Source: Candidatus Lustribacter sp. (GTDB lineage Bacteria > Vulcanimicrobiota > Vulcanimicrobiia > Vulcanimicrobiales > Vulcanimicrobiaceae). Taken from it: a DNA stretch of 64,000 nt. Both the position numbers and the translations under genes were made by a program. Below, piece after piece: positions 1-9,873 of this stretch; position 1 is the stretch's first letter, and every line of letters starts with the position of its first letter. Below the pieces are notes generated by a model, which was given only the letters and a program-made list of their open reading frames with translations, was not told the DNA's origin and did not search any database. Location of the stretch: the NCBI GenBank assembly GCA_965277805.1, contig OZ255842.1, positions 1,184,001 through 1,248,000 on the forward strand, in the 5' to 3' direction.

Positions 1-2
1 CG

Positions 3-182
3 AATGCCGGGATCGTGCTGTCCCGGGATCAGATCCTGGATTTCGTATGGGGAACGTCGTTTGACGGTTCGCGGAATGTCGTTGAGGTCTACGTCAGTGC
101 GATTCGCCGCAAGCTGCGTGCGGTCGGCGCGGCCGACCGGCTCGTAACGGTGTGGGGAGTCGGCTACAAATTGACCGGGTAG
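3..182 (+). CDS. OmpR/PhoB-family response regulator, C-terminal fragment (truncated by window edge)
   Basis: Manual translation NAGIVLSRDQILDFVWGTSFDGSRNVVEVYVSAIRRKL...TVWGVGYKLTG* is a winged-helix effector domain; abuts a kinase gene. Confidence 0.92.
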   Translation, partial: NAGIVLSRDQILDFVWGTSFDGSRNVVEVYVSAIRRKLRAVGAADRLVTVWGVGYKLTG

Positions 183-1078
183 TCCTCCGCGTCGCGGCGG
201 CCTACACGGCCATCGTCGCGATCGTGCTGCTGGCGCTGGGCGCGGCGGCGTTTGCATTTATCGCGCGCGTCGACGCCGACGAACTGCGCCCGATCATCGA
301 TCTGCCCGAGGGCGCGTACGTGTACCATCACGCGCTGGTCCAAGCAGGACTCGTCATTGCCGGGATCGAGGTGGCGCTGTTGTTCGTGGTGGCGGTTGCC
401 GCCTACGCGCTGGCGCAGATCTCCACGCGGCCGCTGACCGAAGCACGCGATCGCGAACAGCGCTTTGCGAGCGAAGCCGCGCACGAATTGCGCACGCCGC
501 TCGCGCGCATCGCCACCACCGCGCAAGGCGCGCAGGGCGGCACGCCCGAGGAAGCGCAGCGCGCGCTCGCCGCCGTCACCAAAATGGCGATCGAGGCATC
601 GGCGCTGATCGGCGATCTGCTCACGCTCGCGCGGGTCGAGCACGTGCCCTCGGGGTTGTTCGAACCGGTGGACGTGTCGTCGCTCGTGCGCGACGTCGCT
701 GCCGAGTACGGCGCCGCGCGGCCCGGCGTGCGCATCGCGGTGAACGATGGTGAAGGCACGTTCGTCGACGGCGATGCGCTGCGGCTGCGCCGCCTATTCG
801 CCAACGTGGTCGACAATGCGGTGCGTCACGCCGGCAGCGGCGTCTTGATCGACATCGCCCAAACCGGCGATCGCGCCGTCATTGCGGTGGAAGACGACGG
901 CTCCGGCGTGGCGCCCGAACTGCGCGAGAAAATCTTCGAACGCTTCGTCACCACCACCGGCGGCACAGGCCTCGGCCTCCCCATCTGCCGCTGGATCGCC
1001 CGAGCCCACGGCGGCGACATCCACGTAACCACCGGCTCCCGCTTCATCGTCGAGTTACCGCTCCTCCCGATCGATTAG
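152..1078 (+). CDS. Sensor histidine kinase (2 TM, HisKA, HATPase); start uncertain (GTG 152 or ATT 170)
   Basis: H-box AHELRTPL, N-box NVVDNAVRH, EDDGSG, GGTGLGL. Confidence 0.93.
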   Translation: MGSRLQIDRVVLRVAAAYTAIVAIVLLALGAAAFAFIARVDADELRPIIDLPEGAYVYHHALVQAGLVIAGIEVALLFVVAVAAYALAQISTRPLTEARDREQRFASEAAHELRTPLARIATTAQGAQGGTPEEAQRALAAVTKMAIEASALIGDLLTLARVEHVPSGLFEPVDVSSLVRDVAAEYGAARPGVRIAVNDGEGTFVDGDALRLRRLFANVVDNAVRHAGSGVLIDIAQTGDRAVIAVEDDGSGVAPELREKIFERFVTTTGGTGLGLPICRWIARAHGGDIHVTTGSRFIVELPLLPID

Positions 1079-1081
1079 TAC

Positions 1082-1124
1082 GAAGAAACGGGAGGGGTAG
1101 CAGTAGGAAGAAACGGGAGGGGTT
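1082..1124 (+). repeat. Two-copy direct repeat GAAGAAACGGGAGGGGT
   Basis: Copies at about 1082 and 1107. Confidence 0.8.
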
Positions 1125-1201
1125 AGAGGATGACGCCTCGGCCCTACTACCATCGGCCGCTCAAGCGAACGCGATTTCTCAAGCAGCGAGCGAATAAAAC
1201 A

Positions 1202-1412
1202 TGTCATTCCGAGCAGCGCCCAAAGGGCGCGTCGACGAGGAACGAGAGAGCATCGTGGCCACCGAGTGCGACCGCGAAGCCGGGAGCAGTGGTTAAATAA
1301 ATACTTTTCCTACACTACTGCTCGCGCCTTCGCGCTCGCGCTCGCACTCGGTCGCAAAGATGGTGGCGGGTCCCTCGCCTACGCACCTAAAGGTGCTCCG
1401 CTCGGGATGACA
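1202..1412. repeat. REPIN-like composite: inverted pair of REP-like units enclosing a long nested hairpin
   Basis: TGTCATTCCGAGC (1202) pairs with GCTCGGGATGACA (1400-1412); inner arms ACCGAGTGCGA/TCGCACTCGGT, CGCGAAG/CTTCGCG, GAGCAGTGG/CTACTGCTC around an AT-rich loop. Confidence 0.85.
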
Positions 1413-1465
1413 CACCGGGGTGCAGCGAGCGAATCAAACCTGTGACGCTGGGGGAGGGGTGCGTG

Positions 1466-2427
1466 TTAGCGGATGCCGCGCCAGTAGGGTTGGGCGTCGG
1501 TTACGATTTGGTGGGTGTCGTAGGGGGTTTTGAGCTGGCCGTATTTGTAGGCGACGTCGAGTTGGGGTTGGAGCAGCGCGTAGGTGAGCGAGTCGCCGAA
1601 GGTTGAGCGTGCGGTGGCTGCGATGCTCGTTGCGTCGGTGCCGAGGAAAGGCGCGAGGATTTTTGCCGTTTCGGCGTGATGGGTGTTTGCCCAGCGTGCA
1701 GCTTCACCATCGCTTGCACGAAGCGGTGGGCGGCATCGGGGTTGGCGGCGACCCACGACTTCGAGGCGGCGAACACGCCGAGGGTGTAGCGCGGGGCGAT
1801 CGCACCGAACGCGTCGGCCAAGAGATCGACGTCCGCCTTTGCTTGGGTGAGGGCGGGCTCGGAAATCATCGCGGCATCGATGCGGCCGGCTTTGAGCGCG
1901 GCCGGCATCTCGGAGTTGGGCAGTTCGACGAAGTGCACGGTTTTCGAGTCGCCGCCGGTTTTGTCGATCCAGGCCGACGCGGCAAGTTGTAGACCGCCGC
2001 CGAGCGTGGTCACGGCGACCGCTTTGCCGGCGAGATCGGCGCCGGTCTTGAGCTTCGAACCTTTCGCTTTGACGAGCGCGTTGTCGACCGGGTTTTTGTC
2101 ATCGAAGATCGCGGCCGGCGCGAGCACGATGATCGGAATCCCGCGCTGCAGCGCCGATGCGGCCGACACGAGGTTGGAGAAGCCCATCTCGAGCGAACCG
2201 CCCGCCACGGCCGCGATGATCGCGCCGCCGCCGTTGAACGACGTCACCGTTGCATCGAGCCCGTACTTCTTGAAGATGCCCGCCGCTTGCGCGTAGACCG
2301 GCAGCGACGTCGCGTCGGCGTAGCCGATGACTGCGACCCGAATCGGCGTCAGCGCCGGCGGCGCGGACTGCGCCAAGGCACCGGCCGGCAGCAGCGCCAG
2401 AAGAACGCTCGCGATGAGCGCGCGCAT
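1466..2427 (-). pseudogene. SsuA/THI5-like ABC substrate-binding protein with a 1-nt frameshift near 1705 (pseudogene or sequence error)
   Basis: Signal peptide MRALIASVLLALLPAGALAQ; family-like sequence to FVQAMV, continuing as EAARWANTH...QPQLDVAYKYG in another frame. Confidence 0.8.
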
Positions 2428-3419
2428 CAGAGATCCAGCGTGTTCGGCGAGAACATCTCTTCGATGCCGACCTTGCGCTTGAGCAAACCGTCCTCGAAGT
2501 TCGTCTGCAGGATCTCCTCGAGCGCTTTGCGGTTCGCCTTGATGCCGTACGGCATGATGTCTTTGTGCAGCGTCGCCTTCTCGGCGGCGTCGATCAGGCC
2601 CGACTCGTAATACGGTTCGAGCGTCGCGTCGAGCGTGCGCGCATTGCGAGCTTTGACTTCCTGGAACATGCTGTAGAGGTTGAGGATCACCCACGGGTAC
2701 TTCTCGACGATCGAGCGGCGCACGACCACGCAGTGGTTGATCGGATAGATGCCCGTCTTCGCGTAGTAACGTTTGGCCTCGACCTCGGGCGGATCGAAGA
2801 GGTAGCGCACGTTCGGGCTCGAGAGCGGATCGGCGTTGCTGCGATCGATGAGGTTGCGCGCGTTGATCCAGCGGCCGGCATCGAGCTCGCCGTCGATGAG
2901 CATCTGGCCGATGTCTTTCGTTTTCGGAATGTACTGCAAGTCGATGCCCGGCGGCGGTACGAAGCCGGTCGAACCGCCGTGACTCTGGTCGGGATTGCGT
3001 TCCATGTACCAGTGCATACTGCGCGGATCGACGCCGAATTCCGTGCGCAGTGCCTGCCGCGTCCACACCCCCGCTGTCTGCTGAAACTCCGCGATGCCGA
3101 ATTTCTTACCGGCGAGATCGGCGGGTTTCTCGATGCCGCGATCGGTGCGGATCATGATGTTCGTGTGAAAGAACTGGCGCGAGGTAAAGACGGGGATGCC
3201 CACCCATTGCGTCGGGCCTTGCGCCGTCATGATCGAGAGCGATGAGTTCGACATTTCCGAGACGTCGAATTCGGCGTTCTTGAGCTGCCGGAAGAACATC
3301 TCGGAGGGATGGAGCGTCGTCACCTCGAGTTCGATGCCTTCGGCCGCGAATTGCCCCTCGGCAATGCCCTTCGTACGCGGGTTCGCGGAGAGAGCGCAGG
3401 TGAGTTTCAGTTTTGCCAT
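2427..3419 (-). CDS. 4,5-dihydroxyphthalate decarboxylase-like protein
   Basis: PSEMFFRQLKNAEFDVSEMS, IPVFTSRQFFH, TGIYPINHCVVVRR, PYGIKANRKALE; no signal peptide. Confidence 0.75.
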   Translation of the reverse strand: MAKLKLTCALSANPRTKGIAEGQFAAEGIELEVTTLHPSEMFFRQLKNAEFDVSEMSNSSLSIMTAQGPTQWVGIPVFTSRQFFHTNIMIRTDRGIEKPADLAGKKFGIAEFQQTAGVWTRQALRTEFGVDPRSMHWYMERNPDQSHGGSTGFVPPPGIDLQYIPKTKDIGQMLIDGELDAGRWINARNLIDRSNADPLSSPNVRYLFDPPEVEAKRYYAKTGIYPINHCVVVRRSIVEKYPWVILNLYSMFQEVKARNARTLDATLEPYYESGLIDAAEKATLHKDIMPYGIKANRKALEEILQTNFEDGLLKRKVGIEEMFSPNTLDL

Positions 3420-3460
3420 ATCACAAGGCGCGTTGGAGAACGAGGTCCCGTTCCCCTAGT

Positions 3461-3481
3461 GGATTCACCTCTGGTGAATCC
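3461..3481. promoter_or_regulatory. Perfect inverted repeat GGATTCACC-TCT-GGTGAATCC (operator or terminator stem)
   Basis: 9-bp palindrome between MFS stop and decarboxylase start. Confidence 0.5.
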
Positions 3482-3493
3482 TTCGCGTTCGGC

Positions 3494-4663
3494 CTACGGC
3501 CGAGTCGCCTCGTCAACAAACAGTTGGCGGCCGGCGAACAAGCCGGCGACCAGCGTTGCGGTCGCGATCGTGAGGAGCCACAGCGTCGATTCGAGGCGCG
3601 CGTCGGGCGAACGGTTGACCAGCCCCAAGACCAGCGGCCCCACCGTTGCGATCAGGTAGCCGACGCATTGCGCCATCGACGAAAGACGCGCGGCGTTGTC
3701 GGTCGTGCGCGCGCGGATGACCTGGAACGTCAGGGCCATACCGAACATCGCGCCCATCCCGACACCCAGCAAACCGCAGAAGGTCAGGATCGTCGCCGGC
3801 GGACCGTACAGGATGCCGACGATCATCATCCCGTTCCACGCGGCCGCGGCGGCGGCCAACAGATCTTGCCGGCGGGATCGTGTCAGCAGCACCGGCATGA
3901 CGAGCGCCGCCAAGAATTGCGTGAAGAAGAAGACCGTGAGATCGGTCGCGACGGCGGACAGCGACTGGCCGCGCGCGCCGATCAACGTGCCCATCCATAA
4001 CGAGACCGCGTAGAACGTCGCCGATTGCAAGCCCATGTAGGCCGACACGGCCCACGCCAAACCGTTGCGCCAGAGTCCCATACCGGGTACGTGATCTTGC
4101 GGGCGGAGGTTGTCGACCAGCGGCGGTAGCGCGATCAGCGCTGCGACGAACGCCGGCAATGCCCACACCGCGAGCGTTGGCCGCCAATCACCGAAGTGCG
4201 TGAAGAGCACCGGCGTCAGTGCCACGGCGATCAGCGCGCCGACGGCCAGCATCATCGTGTAGATGCCCATCGCGATGCCGATGTGCGCCGCGAGACGCGC
4301 CTTCACGAGCGTCGGCACGTACACGTTGCCGAGGCCGATGCCGAGACCGAGCACGAGCGCGCCCGTATAGAGCGGCACGTCGCTGCCGGCGCTGCGCAAG
4401 AGCGTTCCCGCGCCGACGAGCAGCAGCGCGAAGACTAACCCGCCGCTCCATCCGAGCCAGCGGCCGACTTGCACCGCGCTGGCCGATGCAAGGCCGAGCG
4501 CGAGGATCGGCAGCGCGGTGAGCATGCCCGAGCCGAGCGGCGAGAGCGCCAGCGACTTCTGCACGGCGGGCAACACGATGCCGAGCGTCAGCAGTGCCGG
4601 GCGCAAGTTCAAGGTTGCCGCAACGATGACGATCGGCAGATACCAGCGGAGCGCGGCTTTCAC
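3494..4663 (-). CDS. CynX/YeaN-family MFS transporter
   Basis: NLRPAL, YMGLQS, LSSMAQCVGY motifs; about 12 hydrophobic segments. Confidence 0.88.
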   Translation of the reverse strand: MKAALRWYLPIVIVAATLNLRPALLTLGIVLPAVQKSLALSPLGSGMLTALPILALGLASASAVQVGRWLGWSGGLVFALLLVGAGTLLRSAGSDVPLYTGALVLGLGIGLGNVYVPTLVKARLAAHIGIAMGIYTMMLAVGALIAVALTPVLFTHFGDWRPTLAVWALPAFVAALIALPPLVDNLRPQDHVPGMGLWRNGLAWAVSAYMGLQSATFYAVSLWMGTLIGARGQSLSAVATDLTVFFFTQFLAALVMPVLLTRSRRQDLLAAAAAAWNGMMIVGILYGPPATILTFCGLLGVGMGAMFGMALTFQVIRARTTDNAARLSSMAQCVGYLIATVGPLVLGLVNRSPDARLESTLWLLTIATATLVAGLFAGRQLFVDEATRP

Positions 4664-5784
4664 GGTTGGCGTAACGCCGCTTGCACCTGCGGTTCACGGT
4701 GATGCGCGAGCCAATCAATCACGCCTTCGCGCGTGACGAAACCGAGAAACAATCCGTCGACGTCGACGACCGGCAGCTGGTGGAAGCCCGTTTTGCCCAT
4801 GATCGCGAGCGCCTCCGCAGCGTCGGCGCCGGGAGCGATCGTGGTGACGTCGTGCTCGCGCTTCATCACGGCGGTGACGTAGGTGTCTTCGAGCGCCGTG
4901 CCGTCGGTGTGGGTGAAGTCACCGAGCGTGACGAGGCCGACGAAGCGTTCGCCGAGCACGACCGGCAGCGCGCGCACGCCTTTACTCAGCATCAGCTTGA
5001 GCGCGGTGTCGGCGTGCGTGTCGGCCGAGAGCGTGGCGGCGGCCGGCACCGCGAGCTGCATCGCGGAGTGGCCGCGCAGTGCGACCTGCAGCCGCGCTTG
5101 CCGCTCCTCGCCTTGCGCCGAGAGCAGCAAGAACCAGCCGATGAACGTGAACCAAAGGCCGCCGCCGAAGCCTTGCACCAGCACGTCGGTGATGCCGTAG
5201 GCGATCGTGGCCCACGCGAAGACAACGCCGATGCGGCCGGCGATGCGCGTGGCGCGCATGCGGTCGTGCGTGATCGCCCATAGGATCGCTTGCAGCACGC
5301 GCCCGCCGTCCATCGGGAAGGCGGGCAGCAGGTTGAACACGCCGACGATCAGGTTGGCGGTGGCGAGATACGCGAGCACCACGCCGGCCGGCTGGGTCAT
5401 GCCGGCCTGCGTTGCGGCGAGCGCGCACAGAAGGGCGAGCACGAGGCTCATCAACGGTCCCGCGAACGCGAGCCACGCGGCCTGCAGCGGCTTCGCGGGC
5501 TCCGCGCTGAGGTTCGACGCGCCGCCGAAGATGAACAGGCGAATTTCCTTCACCGGAATCCCCTGCGAGCGCGCGACCAGCGAATGCGCGAGTTCGTGCA
5601 GCAGAACGCTGGCGAAGAAGAGCAGCGCCGTGACGATCGCGAGCACCGCGCGCACGCCCGCCGTGACGGCGATCGCGTGAAACGGTCCGCTCGAACTTCC
5701 CAGCGCCCACGAGACGATCGCGAAGATGAACAGCCACGACACGTCGACGACAATGCTGACGCCGAAGAGCCGCCCGATGTTCAT
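4660..5784 (-). CDS. Site-2 protease (M50) with CBS pair
   Basis: HELAH, FNLLPAFPMDGGR, C-terminal CBS domains. Confidence 0.93.
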   Translation of the reverse strand: MNIGRLFGVSIVVDVSWLFIFAIVSWALGSSSGPFHAIAVTAGVRAVLAIVTALLFFASVLLHELAHSLVARSQGIPVKEIRLFIFGGASNLSAEPAKPLQAAWLAFAGPLMSLVLALLCALAATQAGMTQPAGVVLAYLATANLIVGVFNLLPAFPMDGGRVLQAILWAITHDRMRATRIAGRIGVVFAWATIAYGITDVLVQGFGGGLWFTFIGWFLLLSAQGEERQARLQVALRGHSAMQLAVPAAATLSADTHADTALKLMLSKGVRALPVVLGERFVGLVTLGDFTHTDGTALEDTYVTAVMKREHDVTTIAPGADAAEALAIMGKTGFHQLPVVDVDGLFLGFVTREGVIDWLAHHREPQVQAALRQP

Positions 5785-6720
5785 CTAGTGGCGGTACTCG
5801 TTGGGGAGATCGGCCACGATCGGATTGCGCAGCACGCCCAGGCCCGTGATCTCCACTTCCACGACATCGCCGGACTTCATGTGCACGGCGCCCGGGATCG
5901 GGTTCTGACGCACCTGCGCGGCCAAATTGTTGCCCTCGACGTCGTCGGGGGCGGGCGGAATCGCACCGCTTGTGCCCATCGCGATCACGTCGCCCGGCTG
6001 TAGCGTGTAGCCGATCGAGAGATAGTTGATCACTTGCGCGACCGAGAAGAGCATGTCGTCGAGGCCGGACTTCTGACGCACGACGCCGTTGAGGCGCGTG
6101 ATGAGCCCGTGCTTCGCCGGATCGCCGAACTCATCGGCCGTCATCAGCCACGGACCGTAGGAACCCGACTTCTCGAAGTTCTTACCGAGGCCGAACTGCC
6201 GGTTGTGGCGCTGGAATTCGCGCACCGAACCTTCGTTGCACGCGCAGTAGCCGGCAACGTGGTCGAGCGCGCGATCGATCGGGATGTGGCGTCCGCCCTT
6301 GCCGATCACGACGGCGAGTTCCCCTTCATAGTCGAACGCACGCGCGACGTCCGGCGGCGGCGCGACCAGCGGCGCATTCGGCGGAACGAACGACCACGGC
6401 ACGCGCAAGAAGATCTGCGGAAATTTGTCGGACGTCGTGAGCCCGGTTTCCTGAATGTGGTTTTTGAAATTCAGCGCTAAGGCCCAGAAGGCGTGCGGCT
6501 GTTGCAAGAGCATCGCCAGTTCCGCGCCGGCCAGCTGGTGGTTCCCCGACTTGCCCTTCGCGGCAGCGGTCAGTTTCGCGAGACCGTCCTTTTGCGCCAG
6601 CAGCTCGTCGAGCGTGCGCGGCAGCTTCGGATCGAGTTCGTGGACCGCGACAAAGGTGGTGTCGCTCGTGAGCACGCCGAGGCTCGGCGTTCCGCCGTCG
6701 AGATAGGAGATGATACGCAT
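5785..6720 (-). CDS. Fumarylacetoacetate hydrolase family protein
   Basis: DYEGELAVVIGK, GKNF, LQPGDVIAMGT. Confidence 0.92.
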   Translation of the reverse strand: MRIISYLDGGTPSLGVLTSDTTFVAVHELDPKLPRTLDELLAQKDGLAKLTAAAKGKSGNHQLAGAELAMLLQQPHAFWALALNFKNHIQETGLTTSDKFPQIFLRVPWSFVPPNAPLVAPPPDVARAFDYEGELAVVIGKGGRHIPIDRALDHVAGYCACNEGSVREFQRHNRQFGLGKNFEKSGSYGPWLMTADEFGDPAKHGLITRLNGVVRQKSGLDDMLFSVAQVINYLSIGYTLQPGDVIAMGTSGAIPPAPDDVEGNNLAAQVRQNPIPGAVHMKSGDVVEVEITGLGVLRNPIVADLPNEYRH

Positions 6721-6738
6721 GGTTGTTCTTGTTTCCGA

Positions 6739-7785
6739 TCAGGAGTGAGCGCGATAGGGGCCGAGAATTTTGAGAGCTGCGTCGGTAAAGGACGTATCGA
6801 CGACTTGTTCCACCGTCGTCTCGCTGTCGATGTAGCCGGCGCCCTTGAATGCGGCGAGGTCGAAGCGAAGGTTGGGCAGGTTGAGGCTGCCGTTCACGTC
6901 GACCGCGTTGGGGACGATCTCGCGAAAGATCGCCGCATCGTGAATCGCGGAATATTTGACGAGCGCGTCGATCACCTCGGCACTGTTCGGCCCGTTCAGC
7001 TTCCCTTTGTTCAACGCGCCGGCGACAAACCGCAAGCCTTTGATGTAGGCAACCATAAACTTCACCGCGGTATCGCGTGAATTACGGATGAAGTTGCCGC
7101 TGTAGAAAATAATCGAATTCATGCCGTTGGGGATCAAGACGTCGCTGGCGGAGAAGCGCACGGCGTAACCGCCTTGGATCGCTTTGGTCGCGAACGGTTC
7201 GATCGTGCACGCCGCGTCGATCGACTTGTTGGCGAACGCGGCGATCTGTTCGGGAAACCCGATGAACACTTGATGCACGTCTTGATAGCTGAGTCCGCCG
7301 CGCTTCAACGCTTCGCTCATCGTGACGAACGCCGCGGTGCCCTGTCCGACTTGCGCAAACGTGAGGCCCTTGAGGTCCTTGAACGACTTTACGCGGCCGC
7401 TGTCGATCAGGTCTTTGCGCACGAGGACGGAGATCACGCCGTAGCCCGGTGCCGAGATCGCTTCGCTGGCCACGCATTTCAAATCGATCCCGTGGCCGAC
7501 CGCGTTGAAAACGCCGGCCGTCGGCGCGCCGGTCGCCACGTCGAGCTGGCCCGCGCCGAGCGGCGCCATCATCATCGCGGCCGTTTGCATCGGCGAGATC
7601 TGCACGTCGAGGCCTTGCTCGGCGAAGTAGCCTTTGGCGATCGCGACGCAAATCGGCGCATCGCTCTGCGAGAGCGTCGCTCCGACGCGAACGACCGCGG
7701 GCGTTGCGGCAAATGCGCGGGCGGGCGAAACCAGCGCCGCGGCCACGAGGGCCAGCGTCGCATCCCGTCGCGTCAGCATCGTCAC
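6739..7785 (-). CDS. SsuA/THI5-like ABC substrate-binding protein (Tat-like signal)
   Basis: TRRDATLAL signal, KGYFAEQGLDV, DLKG, IEPF. Confidence 0.88.
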   Translation of the reverse strand: MTMLTRRDATLALVAAALVSPARAFAATPAVVRVGATLSQSDAPICVAIAKGYFAEQGLDVQISPMQTAAMMMAPLGAGQLDVATGAPTAGVFNAVGHGIDLKCVASEAISAPGYGVISVLVRKDLIDSGRVKSFKDLKGLTFAQVGQGTAAFVTMSEALKRGGLSYQDVHQVFIGFPEQIAAFANKSIDAACTIEPFATKAIQGGYAVRFSASDVLIPNGMNSIIFYSGNFIRNSRDTAVKFMVAYIKGLRFVAGALNKGKLNGPNSAEVIDALVKYSAIHDAAIFREIVPNAVDVNGSLNLPNLRFDLAAFKGAGYIDSETTVEQVVDTSFTDAALKILGPYRAHS

Positions 7786-8132
7786 GCTGTTGCCCAGCCG
7801 GCCTCCGAGAGATCGACCCGCGTGCCGACCGGGTCGAGAATGAACGCTTCGTTGAAGCGCCCGTCCACCGGAACGCGGACCGGCGCCTTCGCACCGCCTT
7901 CGACTGCGGTGTCGGCGACGGCTTCGAGATCGTCGACCTCAAAGCCGAAGTGGAAGATGCCTTCAGGCCGTCCGCGTGCCGAGATCAGCGCGAGGTTGAT
8001 GTAGCCGTCGGACACGTAGATCGCGCCGCCGTCGCCGCCGCCGACCATCTTCATCCCGAACGTCTTGATGTAGAACTCAGCGAGGGCTTCGTTGTCGTTG
8101 GCGAGGATCGCAATGTGCTTGATGAGCGGCAC
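7782..8132 (-). CDS. VOC/glyoxalase family protein
   Basis: IKHIAI, FYIKTFGM, HFGFEVDD, DPVGTRVDLS. Confidence 0.88.
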   Translation of the reverse strand: MPLIKHIAILANDNEALAEFYIKTFGMKMVGGGDGGAIYVSDGYINLALISARGRPEGIFHFGFEVDDLEAVADTAVEGGAKAPVRVPVDGRFNEAFILDPVGTRVDLSEAGWATA

Positions 8133-8198
8133 GGGACAACCTCCGGTATGTTTTGGGCGCGATGAAAACGGCTTCCCAGCCAGCCTTCGAATCCCCCG

Positions 8199-9800
8199 CT
8201 AGTAGGCGAGGCCGTACGACTCGCGCCGCGGATCGGCGCCGCCTTCGCGAACGCCGTATGCGTTGATGCGCGTGATGCCTGCGCCGCCCATCGTCACGAA
8301 GAACGGCGGTTCGATGTTGAGGGTGTGGCCGCGGCGGGTCAGCTCCTCGCATACCGCTTGGCCGACCGACGACTCGATGTGCAGCACGCCGTCCGGTGCA
8401 ACGAACCAGCGCGGCGCCTCGACCGCCTGCTGCAAATCCAACCCGCGATCGATCAGGCGCATGATGAGCAGCGTGTTGGTAAACGTTTGACTCGGTCCGC
8501 CGGGCGTGCCGAGGCTCACCATGAAACGGTCGCCCTTGCGAAGCATGTGCGGGTTGAGCGTGTGCAGTGTGCGCTTCTTGGGCGCGACGACGTTCAACGA
8601 TGCGGGGTCGAGCGAGAAGCCGGTCATGCGGTTGTTCATGAGGACACCGGTGCCCGGGATGACGACGCCGCTTCCGAACACGGCGAAGACGCTCTGCAGC
8701 AGCGATACCGCATTGCCGCCGGCGTCGATGACCGAGACGTAGCTCGTGTCGCTCGGGCTCTTCCCGTCGAGCTTGCCGGCGGCGAACGACCTCGCGCGAT
8801 CCGGCGCGATCTCGCGCGCGCGGCGGGCCGTATATTCGGCATCGAGGAGCCGCGCGATCGGCGCCTGCAAGACGAACGTGGGATCGGCGATGTGTCCGCG
8901 CAGGTCCGCGCCGGCAATCTTCATCGCTTCGACGTGCGTGTGGATGAAGTCGGCGCTCGCGTCCGCATAGGATGCGATGGCCGTCGATTCGAGAATCTTC
9001 AGCGCTTCGAGAACGACGAGGCCGACCGAGACCGGCGGCTGCGAGATCACCTCGACATCGCGAAAGCCGGCGCGCAGCGGTTCGCGCCACTCGCTGCGAT
9101 ACGTGCGCAAGTCGTCCGCGCGCAGCAGCGCGCCGGTCTCGCGCGAGTACGCATCGAGCGCCTGCGCGAATTCGCCCTCGTAGTATGAGGCCGCGCCGTC
9201 TTTTGCGATGCCCGTGAGGATGCGCGCGGCGTCGGCCTGCACCAGCACCTCGCCCGCCTGCGGTGCTTTTCCATTCGGCCGGAAGACGGCTGCGGTCGAC
9301 GGGAACTCATGCATCAGCGCGCCGCTGCGCGCGAGCGTGGAGGCGAAGAGCTGCGAGACCGGCATGCCGTTCGCCGCGAGCGCGATGGCCGGCGCAAGTA
9401 CGTCGGACAACGACCGCGTGCCGAACCGCTCGAGCGCGCTCTGCCAGCCGTGGACGGCACCCGGAACCGCGCTCGCGCGCAGACCGTGTTCGGGAATCGC
9501 CGCACCGTACGCGTCGGGCGTCGCCGTTGCCGGCGAGAGACCGCTCGCGTTTAGCGCGTGCGTTTCACCGCTGCGCGCGTCGCTGAAGAGCAGAAACAAG
9601 TCGCTGCCGAGACCGCACGCGTCGGGCTTCAGCACCGCGAGTGCGGCGGCGGCCGCGATGGCGGCGTCGATCGCGTTTCCGCCCCCTCGCAGCTGATCGA
9701 GCCCGGCCTGCGCGGCCAGATGGTGGCCGGCGACGACGGTGCCGTTGCGGCCCATGACCAGCGGCCGGGTAATTTGCGCGCCGAACGGTACGAAACTCAT
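8199..9800 (-). CDS. ggt: Gamma-glutamyltransferase family protein
   Basis: GGNAIDAAIA, DTS nucleophile site, MNNRM, GTPGG, GADPRR; start placed at MSFVPFG. Confidence 0.92.
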   Translation of the reverse strand: MSFVPFGAQITRPLVMGRNGTVVAGHHLAAQAGLDQLRGGGNAIDAAIAAAAALAVLKPDACGLGSDLFLLFSDARSGETHALNASGLSPATATPDAYGAAIPEHGLRASAVPGAVHGWQSALERFGTRSLSDVLAPAIALAANGMPVSQLFASTLARSGALMHEFPSTAAVFRPNGKAPQAGEVLVQADAARILTGIAKDGAASYYEGEFAQALDAYSRETGALLRADDLRTYRSEWREPLRAGFRDVEVISQPPVSVGLVVLEALKILESTAIASYADASADFIHTHVEAMKIAGADLRGHIADPTFVLQAPIARLLDAEYTARRAREIAPDRARSFAAGKLDGKSPSDTSYVSVIDAGGNAVSLLQSVFAVFGSGVVIPGTGVLMNNRMTGFSLDPASLNVVAPKKRTLHTLNPHMLRKGDRFMVSLGTPGGPSQTFTNTLLIMRLIDRGLDLQQAVEAPRWFVAPDGVLHIESSVGQAVCEELTRRGHTLNIEPPFFVTMGGAGITRINAYGVREGGADPRRESYGLAY

Positions 9801-9836
9801 ACCGCGTGGATTAGGGTCGCGGGCTTGCTTGCCTTC

Positions 9837-9873
9837 TTGACACCAAAGATGGACGTATGTAGTTATTAAGGGT
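9837..9873 (+). promoter_or_regulatory. Sigma70-like promoter with putative TetR operator
   Basis: TTGACA at 9837, GGACGTA motif in spacer, same arrangement at 10452. Confidence 0.6.

Noticed and set aside
1082-1124. Direct repeats as a CRISPR remnant
   Set aside because: Two 17-nt copies with an ~8-nt spacer; no cas genes
1501-3066. 521-aa ORF
   Set aside because: Composite of an off-frame overlap with the decarboxylase and the frameshifted binding protein
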